A stretch of DNA of 64,000 bases from Tubiluchus corallicola (Eukaryota; Animalia; Priapulida): assembly GCA_030141605.1 (NCBI GenBank), contig JAQGDQ010000190.1:124001-188000 (forward strand). The letters are read 5' to 3'. A program made the translations under genes and the position numbers. The number at the start of each line of letters is the position of its first letter. Position 1 is the stretch's first letter. Below are positions 1 to 12,000 of the stretch, piece after piece. The notes under the pieces were generated by a model that worked only from the letters and a program-made list of their open reading frames with translations, was not told where the DNA came from and made no database searches.

Positions 1-76
1 TAGTCTCAGAAATATAGTCTCGAAAAGCTATATATTACTTATCTGTGTGAACATTACTCTCGCTTTGGGTACTCAC

Positions 77-3000
77 AGTATCACATTCGTTATTGTTGCC
101 CAGTTGATCGTTTGGCTCTGTGCTGTAATAAGCATCTTCGTCTTTCACGTTATAGTACAAAATGCGGCGTCTGAAGCTCTGCTTTCTATAAAAAATGATA
201 ATGATATCTATGTCAACTTGTTTGTAAGCAGCATAAAGAGAAAAAGTAATAAGACTGTCACTTTGCTACAGACTAGTGAAAATTGTAAGATTATGAGTAA
301 CAAATTGAAACCTGTTAGAAAACCTTGTAAGACAAGTAATCGAAAATGCGAAACTTATTAGAAAACAACCTAAAAAAGCAACATTTCAATGTTGCTTTAA
401 TTTTATGTTCTGCAAGTTTCGTTTTTATTACCATTTCAGGAGTATGTTTGTGAATTAATTTAGGCACGATTCTCTCTTTTGTTACCCCATGATTAAAAGT
501 GAAATACACAGCTGTCAACTTACGTTTTGCAATAATGGAAAAACGCAAAGATAAGTAAACCAGTCACAACAGCACCACAAGCAATTCCAATGAGCCACAT
601 TAGATTACCCTCTGATTCTTCACAACTTGGACCAGAGTATCCTTTCTGACACCTAAAAGACAAAAACTGTTTACCCTATCATCGCATGTAAAGGAGAACA
701 AGATAAATTGTTTTTCGAGCAGTATCTTTCAGATGTGCAGAATGATAATACAAAGGACCATTATTTATAACGACTCGAATCATGCAGAATACTGTTACAC
801 AGTAAACTCCGCGTAAATCAGATGGCTAAGGCCAAAGAAACTGAAACCGACAGTCGGACAAATGATATTGCAGTCAGAATTTTCCACTTTGCCATTTTAT
901 TAAAGGATGACTGGATGATTTTTTATAATACATCCAACTTTGAAGTACATTAAAACGTATAAATTTTAGCACCTATAATAATGCCAAAGTGTTTCCGATA
1001 ATTAAATAATAGATTAAAAATTTAATTAACGGTGTGCGAGCCCAACTAGTAATGACATCACAAACGAACAATTTTCAACAGCACAAACATTCAATGAGCG
1101 TGTTGCACGTGTTTGCAAAAGCGAAAATTGATAGTAGATTGTTATGTGTTGTAGTTAAAACTGAGTTCAGTTTTCCTTGGCAGAAAGTGAATTACTGGCA
1201 TGCAATTTCTCAGGAAATAAGACAATTTACACATGTCACCTTCATATATATTTATAATATTTATTGATTAGTTTTCGGATTGTTTTTCACCCAAATTGAC
1301 GTAACATCTGGGAAAGCTCGCATTCATTGTATTGACAATGTTTCTACGTGTCAAAGATGAACTGACCAAATACAATGTGTTTTCCATAAATTGTTCCCCT
1401 AAAATATAACGAATTTACTGATATACAGCTTTAAGCACGAAGACATATAAACAGATCTGTTCTCCGTATCTGTGTGAGATGAACGATATTTCGAATCATG
1501 CTGTCTACTTACAAGCAGATATGTCTTTTTGTATTTGGTTCTATGGTACAAACACCTTCATTGTGACACAGGATCCCATTGCATGTTGCATTTTTAGCTG
1601 CTGTAACTAAACAAAAAAGTTGTTTAAAACTGTATATAAAACAAACAGTACCTTAAAACAACAATGCAATCTTATATCATGAAGATAAATCTGCAGCTAA
1701 AACCCAAAATACTTTTGATAGCGAGCGACTCTTTCCTTATGGCGCATTAGGCCAGTGTCGCACGGAGCAGAACAATCCATAAGGTGTAAGCCGTTAGGAG
1801 AAAAAGCCGCCACATGTTGCAAGGCGCCTTATTGCGAAATGAATTTGGCTATTAAATTCATTTGTCATAAGCAGGGCCTATTTCAGCCTAAGCAAGGCCC
1901 GGGGAAGTGGGGGGTGTGAGGCCATGGTTGGCGCCCAGAAAATCTTTGAACTGCTAGAACGCCGGAGAAGCATTTTTGGAGAAAATATTGAGTTATACAG
2001 TTGTTAAAGGAAAGAACAATTCAAAGAAAAACTGCTTTATTCTCAAGACCAGTCCTTAATACTTGTCAAATAGTCAAAAACAACATCTTTGCAATATGTA
2101 ATACCGTATTCTCACTTCCGTACAAACCGGTGTTAGAAATTCCGAAATTGAAAACAGCTGAACATCGGCACCGAGCCGCACAAGGCAAACGGTGTGCGTG
2201 CGGCAAGAGGGAGAGAGGAGGCAGTATGTTCGCATAAAGCAAAAAAATGTTACCTTGGCACGAGGCCCCCCCAGAGGATGAGGCCCCGGGGAAGTATCCC
2301 CACTTCCCCCCCTTGAAATAGGGCCTGGTCATAAGGCATTTGGTTCATCGCTAACATGATAATGAACATGTTTATGGCAAAATATCTTACTATTTACACA
2401 GAATAAGGAGCATAACGCGGATTATGATATACCTTGTGGCTTACAGATTATGGACCACATCTTGCTTCTTACACCTTTCTCTATATGACACGAGTCTTAT
2501 CTAAACATGTACACAGTTTTTGTAAATATTTGATGTGATGCGAATGCATTATCTTACTGTTTCTGCACAGAAATTTATATACGGAAGTAAACACAGTGAA
2601 ATTTATTTGAAAGCAGATGTGCTCAACTCAAGACTTCCATCAATATATATTAGTATACATTGTATATATATATATATTATATTGTGCAAAATAGATATTA
2701 ATTTGCACAAAAGCTACTTAGACTTCTCTGGTGTAAATTTGTATTACCATATTTTACTTGATTCATACTTTGATTTACACTCATACATCGTATTACCCTT
2801 ATTTTACTTGATTCATAACTGATTTTTACTCAAGCTTACCAGCACAGGTATAGGATTTGCCATGTGGAACAGAAATCATGCGATCGGGACATACACACGA
2901 GTGCTGCCTTTCTCTAATGACGCAAAGATGGCTGCAATGGTTATCTTTACATGGATTGGGACCTAAAATTATTACATATTATAATGAGTGAGCCAGTTAA

Positions 3001-6000
3001 GACGATACAGCACTCAAAGGAATGTAAAACTGTACATATAAACACCTCCAATGCTTAGTGAGCTTTTTTTAAATCTTGTACTCCGTAAGTGTAATTTCTG
3101 CTGATTTGCCATCTATTTTACATAATTTTCAAAAAAGCTTTATGACTCAACATCAACAACATAGGCTAGGTGATTCAATAAGTGCTAAGTGCAAAATTTC
3201 AATTATCATCATTTATTTTTAATAAAGTTTCCACATATACTTTTTGCTTCATTATCAGGTTCTGTGGCAGCAGCTTATAGGCTTTTATACTACGAATTTG
3301 ACATGTAGGATCGTCAATTTTATCGTGGTACTTCGTCTCCCACAGACAAACCCTGGAGAGCAACCAGGTAACTGGTACTTTTTGGGGCTACTCAGTGTCA
3401 GTTGTCTGCAACTACTATCACTGTTAAAAATAGCAAGTCTCCTTAAAGCACAACATCAGGATTGTCACTTCAGTAAACTGAATCAGCTGCCTTGGTTGAT
3501 GACTGAACTCTGGTCTCTTATATAGCAAGATGTTCAATTACACATCCTGCTAATAAAGTAATATGTTGCTAAAAATGATTAAACTCCAGTTACCTGGTTT
3601 CTGTTGACTGGAGTGCATAATAGTCAGCCCTCGCGATGAAGATTTTCCCGGAGCAAAGCGTTGTAGTATTGTCCAGTTGCCACCAGTGTGTTTATTTACC
3701 TTTACAAGCTGTTTGTACTCAGTCAGGTACAGCCAGCTGCCGAACACAGCCAGGTCTTGGGCATGATCGACCAGGTCAGAACTTGCAATGACTCTTCTGT
3801 AATATTTATTTGACGTTAAATGTTTTGTATCTTGGAAATTATGTATGACTTCAAATCTCTTTATACCACCCACTTTGTGTCCGGAAAAAAGTTGGCATTA
3901 CAAAGAGGTGAGTTAAATTTTGCTATAGATGAATCACAAAACAGTCAGGTAAGTGAGCACAGATTAGAGTCCTCAATTTTCACTCTAAGAGTTAATAAAT
4001 TAAAAGAAAATAATTAAATTAATCATTTCAAAAATTAGTGACTCACTTAAACTCAATCAACGTTATCACGAACTAAATAATAAACATGTCGTTTACCCAA
4101 CTGTATAATAGACTGAAGAGTAGGCCTAGTACTCCACTAAACATGTATTCATAAAAAAGATCAGGTCACAGCTACAAAATACTTGCCGGGATTTGCTTGG
4201 ACGATTCATAGAAAAGTGCCACGAGCTTTCTTGTCCATTGCCATAATGACTGTGCAGCGTATTGACAATAATATTATGGTGATTGTACAACGTACTATAC
4301 AACATGTGACATCTGGCCAGTGTCAGTGGCACACAGCATCCTCCTACAGTTGGCATGATATCGAGAAACCACTGAGACTGCTGGGGGTATTTTCCCTGTA
4401 ACTGCTGTCCATGCATCATTGCCTAACTTTGCTAATATCTCATTGGAAGGTGCTGCCACCTTCATTTTCTGATAGTGCGCGAATGGGCAGCAAGTTGCAT
4501 AGTTTCCATGGCATTGTTCTCAGTTTGCGTTGTTAAGAGCAGATGGTTGGAGGTGGGTCAAGTCACCTGCCTTTATGGGGAAATACGTTAATAAGATGGT
4601 GAATAAGTTAATAATGCGGTGAATAAGTTAGTAATGCACAGTAATTATAGGACTTTTGTACGATGATATGAATATGTTATGTTTACGAATGGCATCGTAT
4701 GTCTTCACCTGTGCTGTAGCAATAAAAGTTTGTGTAATTTGATACGAGTCTTCACTGTGTTATGCGTTAAAATTAATTTTCATCCGTTGGAGGTGTAATA
4801 CCCACTTCAATCCGAACGAATGGCTAGTGCTGTTACAACATATTTTCCCATTGAACATATGTATTAATTTGGCCAGAGGATGACATGGTAACAGGAAGCT
4901 CATATACATTTAAATACAGCAGTTGTATTCCTGGCCACTTTGCGGGTAAATGAGTTTGGCAGCACAACGTTGGGGGGAGAGGTGGTGTAATCAGGTTTGA
5001 TGGTAGAAGTATTACTGTTGAATTTTAGCAAGTCAGCAAATAAGTATCGACACTAATGTCTTTTTCTAACTTGACTGAGTGAAATGACAAGCGTAATGAC
5101 CCCAGTCAAGATGACAGCAGTGCTCAGCGAGTAAGCGGTTGATTTAGACAAGGACTATTTTTTAGGCAAACACAGACAGCCAACTATGTGGATGATATTT
5201 TTCACCACTACTGTTAAGAATACCTCCCAACCAAGAGCAAGAACATATGTACAGAGGTATTTTTCTATAGAGAGTGCTCTAGATGAAGAATTGAGAGAAC
5301 AAGTCTAATTAGAATTTTAAATATAAAGTATTTTCTACTGCAACCTTTGTAACATAATACATTAACTTGGGCGTAGGGCATTTAAAAACACCACATTACA
5401 ATTAATTATCCTCTAAATGTGATTATAATGAAAACAATTGTTAGTTAACATACCGATTACTTCCGTCCAGCCTAATGCATCCGATATAATCCAAACTTGA
5501 ATCAACCCAATACAGGTTATCATGAAAAAAGTCAATTGTCAAACCATACGGCCATTCCAAATACATTGAGACGACAGATGTACAACCAGTTCCATCCATA
5601 GAACAAAGTTTAATTTTGGGATACATCCCTACATCACTCCAAAACATGATTCCTCTTAGAGGGTGTAAGACTATGTCCTTAGGCTGCTCAACATGCCTAT
5701 AAATGAGCTCAGAGCATTTCCATGATTCGTCCCGTTTTTCCATTCCACAAACACCTATGACGCTTCGACCCACGTCTGTATAATAAACATTACCAGTAAT
5801 CCAGTCATAGGCTAAACCTTGCGGCAGGCTCACATCAGTCGTGATAATTTGCTTTTTTTTATTCACCGGAATAGCAGCGATCATTTTGTTTGCCAAATCA
5901 GTCAAAAACACTGTACCAGTAGTGGCATCAAAATCCAAAGCAAAAATGTCATTCATTTTGTCATTACCAGCATACAACGTTGACGTGTGCTTAGCGCTTG

Positions 6001-9000
6001 GCAGTTCTGTCACTCTGACTGCTTGTGGCAGGGTGTACAGTAGGCGAGCCGGACTACCCTCCGTATAACACGTAACATTGTCTTCGCCAAGAACAAAGCC
6101 ATGTTCACACTCGCATTTATAACCACCTTTCGTGTTGACACAGTGATGGTCACAAATGTCAGTTCTTTCAAGACATTCGTCGACGTCTACGCAGGCTTTC
6201 ATATCATCCTTTAGTTGATGTCCTTCTTGGCAAGCACATTCGGCTCCCATTGGTGTGGGAAGGCAGATATCACTACAGCCACCATTATTTTCAGCACAAG
6301 CAGTAGCACACTGTCCACCCTCATCTGAACCATCCAGACAGTTACTTTCATTATCACAAACAAAAGCCTTAGATATGCAGTAACCGGAACTGCAGCGAAA
6401 TTTGCTTTCCATGTCAGAGCACCAAGTTGATTTTGATCCTTGGTTCTTAGACTTGTCACAAATGGGATCTTCTTCGTCAGAATGATCTGGACAGTCTGGC
6501 TCTCCATCGCAAACAAACAATTTAAGAATGCAATGCTTGTGGTTCATGCAGCGATATTCAAATTCTGAACATGTGACTTTACAACTCGGAGCTTCGTCTG
6601 ATCCGTCTTCACAATCACGATAACTATCACAATATAAATGTTTAGGAATGCATTGTTTAGAATAATGACATTTGAAGTGGGTTTCTTCATTACATAGCAC
6701 CTTTGAAGAACAGTTTGCTTCGTCTGAACCATCAACACAGTCCCAGTAGCCATCACATCTATTCCTAATGGGAATGCACTTATTGTTTGAAAGACATTTA
6801 AAGCCTCCGCTGTAGCAGTGCACACCTTCGCAGTGCATTTCATCTGATTTGTCCATACAGTCTTCTTCACCATCACAATACCATCTCTTATCAATGCATT
6901 GGCCATTATTACATGTAAAGTCTCCATTCCCACATTTGCGGACAGCTTCTAAAGAATCTAAACAAACATTATAACTTCAGCAAAAATGCATTATCAAATA
7001 TCATGTTAACTACCATAACTACATGTGTAAGAAAATCAAGTTTCGAAAAACTGACAAATACTGATGGCAAATCGTAAAAATTGAAAATTGCATTTTTAAA
7101 AAGTCATCACCTAGTCCGGCTGACCATGGTGAGCTGTCGAATTGCTTAAACATTAAAAACTTTAACAAATTACAATGACATGGAAATTAAACTAGTAGCA
7201 ACATACCATAAGGTCTAGTGATATTCTCAGGAGCTACTGTGCTTTTACACAATTCGTCCGACCCATCTTCGCAGTCCTTATGTCCGTCACATACAAGAGG
7301 CAATGAAATGCATTTTGAGTCCATGTCACAGTAGTGGCATTCGTCTAGTAACAAAAACGAACTGTTAATAAGCTTAAAGAGGAACCAAAACAAGATCACA
7401 TCTTGTAATAATACATACAAAAGAAGCCTAAGAAAACTCTGGATAAAGATTTAATATTAGAAAGTCTTAACTGGAAAACTGTTAGAAAATTAGAGCAGCA
7501 CACAGCTGCACACTCAACTATTTACGTCTTGACAAAGATCAACATTAAAGAAGCGAAATAATATTAATATTACCAGATTTGGTGCAAGTTTTTCGGTCTG
7601 GTTCTAATTGGTAGTTCTTTGGACACAGGCATTTTTTACCGCTGACAGTAGGCAAACACAAGTGACTACATCCTCCATTGTCTAAAGTACAGCCATTTGT
7701 ACCTAAATATACAGAAAGTAAAGTTGATTATTGCAACAAAAAATTACAACTTCTTAGGTTTTTTGCTAGCAGCTCCAACAACGTACTGAGACATTAATAG
7801 GTCTAAAACGTGCCAGTTTGAATGAAAATTACAGGCTATTTATAAAAATACAAACAATTGACCAATCTTACCAACTGGTTTAAGCACATTTGCTATTGAG
7901 ATGTCTGTATAATTATTAGGCTCAGAAAGAAGAAATTTCCATGGTTTCCCAAAGAAACGACTGGTTTTCTCCATCACATGCAGCTTTGCTAAATCAGCAG
8001 TGTAAACTTTTCCATTCATTTTGTTTATCCAGTAGATTTCACTGAAGAAAACACGTAAAAAACTCAGCCAAATGAAGAAAATTTCAAATAATTACAGCAG
8101 CACAAAATACCGGTAAAAATCAACATAAGTATGGCATGTATAATATAGATCAAAATTTAGATAGACAGTTTTGTTATTTAGTGATCTGCTGTTTTCTTTT
8201 TAAACACAGTTTTATGTTTTGTTCTGTAATTATAGGTTATCAATTGACGATAAAATATTCTGAAACATTTTAATAAAAATGGAAATGGACAGAGATTTGA
8301 AATTATATTTTATGCAAAATCTAATTGTGAATCTGCAATACAGCCAAATGCAAATAGTATTAGGTTTTTACAATTTAAATAAAAAGCTAGACAGCACTGT
8401 AAGTTAACAAAAATAGGGATAGCTTTTACATGTCATTAAAATCATATATAATATTCTCTTACTTGTTAAATATTACAATAGATACAGGATAAGCGGGAAG
8501 AGCTCCAGGTAAAATAAGAGTATGATGTTTTGTTCCATCCAGGTTGATACTTTCTATTGTTGGTAGCTGTGCACTTCCAAAATAGAGCTCGTTTGTCATG
8601 TAATTAATTGCAAATGTTGGCTTCATGGAATTTGAGATGGACAAAAATGTCTGACAATGGCTACCATCCATTGAACATGAATCTATGCGACTTGTTTTAG
8701 CATTACTGCTAACCCCTACCCACATCAGACTGAAAAAATTCACAAATATTAAACTTTAAATTGTGAATTTACCTTAATCCAGGGCAATTTTAAAATGACC
8801 AAACTGGTCTAGGACAACTAATGACTTAAAAAATAGTCATAAACACATACTAACCCTTCTGTGGGATGCACGGCAATCGAAGAGGGATAATCAGGTTCTG
8901 TTAATGTTTTCAACGTTGCTGTAAGGTTAGATATTACATTCACAACTCCTACAGACTTGCGTCCAGCATCGACAAAGAACAGATTATTTCCAATCTGGTC

Positions 9001-12000
9001 AAAATCCAGATCCTTAACAGATTTTAAACTTTCTGTCAGGAATGCTTCCCTAAGCATATAAAATAAAGTCTCTTGTTATAGCATGTTCATTTTTTATACA
9101 GTTTGGCATAACGAAATAACTTACTTAATGTAACTGAACCGGAACCTGTATCTAGAGAATCACTGGCCCTGGCAGTAGAGAATAAGAAATCTCCCAAACA
9201 TAGTTTTCCTGGCAGTCACCAATTCACTTAGTAACCAGGTTAATTCCTACTTAACGAGCATTAACAAAGGGACTATTTTTCTGATATCAACTAAGGTTTA
9301 TAAACAATGAATTCATATTTTTTGAAAATTTCAACAGATACTGACAGCTATTATCCACTGCCAAAATGATAACATGTAAAAAATGACTTATAACTTTAGA
9401 GATGCCTGCAAAATGCACAAGGTCAAACAAATGCATCTAAGCATTTCCGTTAAAATAAACAGCATTTGAACACTGTGGTGCAGTTACCACAATTAATACT
9501 TCTAGATGATTTAATGTAGCTTTACTCACAGTACTAATGTATTCATATGAAGCCTCTGTATAATGTTGCCATGGACATTAACGAAGTAAAGATGACTTTG
9601 CGAGGAATCATATGAAATTGCTGTTACTGCACCCAGGTTTGGTGTATGTAGAGTTACACTTTGAGCAATCCCAAGTGGTTCTGGATATACCTTCAAAAGT
9701 TTTTTGTCAGAACAGATGATAATAAATGGTAAACCAGGCTTTGCTGAAACACAAAAGCTCATTTATAGGCTGATGTGTGATGAGTAAACTGACGTAAATT
9801 CGGTAATGCAATAAAACTGCAATAAACTGTGATGTTGAGGTGATAACATGTAATGATTCCTGTATGGTATTGCATCTGATAAAACTTGCATCGTCAAACT
9901 ACCCTCAAGCACTTTTTTCACTCTTAACATAAAACTGCAACAAACATATTGAGGAGTTCACATATCCAGATTTTATCAGTGCTACTTATCAGAAGACTGA
10001 TTTTCGCTCACATTACACCTGGGCAAAAATGTCACGTCTTTGAAAGGAATAAGGAATCAGTGTAAAGAAAACTACACACCAGAACAGATTTTTCCATCAC
10101 TTTCTAACTGGAAGCCGTCCGGACATTTGCATTGATGAATTCCTCCAGGTGAAAGCACACACAAATGACTACAGTTTGCTGATGAGCAAGGACTCTTAAC
10201 TGGCTTTTCCATAACTGGATGATAGATATGCAAACCCATTGGCTTTATGTCTTTTTCTTTAATTAAAATAGTTGCTTTTTTTCCTGTGAATTTGTCTGCT
10301 GATTCTATCGTTCCCTGTTGCCAGTCAGACCAGTACAAACGATTTTCAAACAGTTCAATAGAAAACGGGTGGCGATTAGATAATGAATATATAATCTGAA
10401 ATGAGAAAATTATGAAAGAAATTATGCTAGCTGGCAAGCAAGCAAACAATGACCTTACTGTCCAAAAACAAACAAAGTAATCTTCTTAGCAATGCATGAA
10501 ATAAAAATTATTGATGTCTGATAGATACTTTCGTGAAAATCGCTATCACACACAACGAAATGATTTCAGCAACACAAAAATTTAAAACGCACATACCTGC
10601 ACTAAAAACATTTACATGTGCAGTACAGTAATTGACCAAAGCTAGAAGAGATAGCTATTGTAAGCCACAGAGGCCTACTTTTATACCAGTGTAGAAACTT
10701 AATACAAACAAATAACATGAGGGTCACCAGTAGAAATACTGCACTAATAATACTGCATTTTTTTATTTGTGTATGCATTTACCATACAATCTTACTCAAA
10801 ATGATAATGTGACCCATAAGTTTCAGGTTTCAAGAAACTCACACAGGAAATATTTTTTATACGAATCTTGTAGAAACTACTCAAGAGGGACATTTGCATG
10901 CTGATCCATTTCTAAACCTAAGTTACAGGGACAAAAACTTTTTTATCTGTACATTTACAAACTTCTATTCAGGAAGCTTCGTTTTGCTATATACTAGTTG
11001 CTTAGATATCAGAATCTATTTCACGAACAGTAAAACATTGGATTTGCTACAACCAGAAATGGTGTTTACACAAATGGTATTTTTCAGATTTACCACATTA
11101 TTTAATTAAAATCAATTTTACCTTCCTGTCTCCTCCGTCAAATGTCGTCGTCTCAATTTTGTCCAGCTTTGCTTCAGTCCAGTAAACTCTCTTGCCAACA
11201 GTATCCAAAACTAGACCATTGGGGAATCCCAAATGACGTTTAACAATTGTTATTCTCTTAGATCCATCCATGCCTGCCCTTTCTATTCTAGGTTGCTTCT
11301 CACTCCAGTCAGTCCAAAACATCAAACTTGTTTAAAAATTTTTAAGGTTACTCAATAAGTTCATCCTCTCAAGGAAAATTATGGTCATTACATGCAAGTT
11401 ATGGATTATGACAAAATAATACAATCAAGTTACACAATCTATACACTATTAAAAAAAGAAACTAAAATGATAAAGCTTTTCATAAAAATTATAGCTTTCT
11501 CTTCTTTATTAAACTAATGTTGAGTGAGGAATCCAAAAATACTTACGCTCTAGGTGGATCTATTGCTATAGCTCTAGGTGACTCCATCTGTGAATCAATA
11601 ATATTTGTGCACACAGTCCCATTCAAGTCACATGCAATTATTTTTTTAAGTGCTGCATCGACTAGATAAAGCAACTGTCCCACCCAGTCCAAAGCTAGCC
11701 CTTCCGGTGTAGCCAGTCCTGCTAAAATTTTTTACAAAAAATAAAAATTTGCCAGCGATGGCAAATATTGCTAATGACTCATGTGTGTGATATACTTCAA
11801 AATTCTTTAGGTTGTGGGAATCCTTTTTATTTGGTGTGAGTAGCTTTTAATATTTTTTTCTTGTTGTTGCATGTATTTACTAGAGTTAGTATTTTGTGTG
11901 TTTGTGTATGTGTAGTAATTTATCTCTCTCAGTGAATTATATGGTAATTTTAATGCTGAAATAAAACATGAATTGAATTGAATAGGATTAAAACACAATT

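Noticed and set aside
47-548. ORF-track ORFs 47..361(+) and 315..548(-), and a possible exon 369-324
   Set aside because: They are antisense or off-frame to real receptor exons. The 46-nt candidate exon breaks the phase between the TM exon and 185-77.
4126-4580. GC-richer intronic stretch with faint similarity to CRE-type non-LTR RT (QWHTAS...[14 protein letters not shown])
   Set aside because: Similarity is too weak and split across frames; needs a tBLASTx or HMM search.
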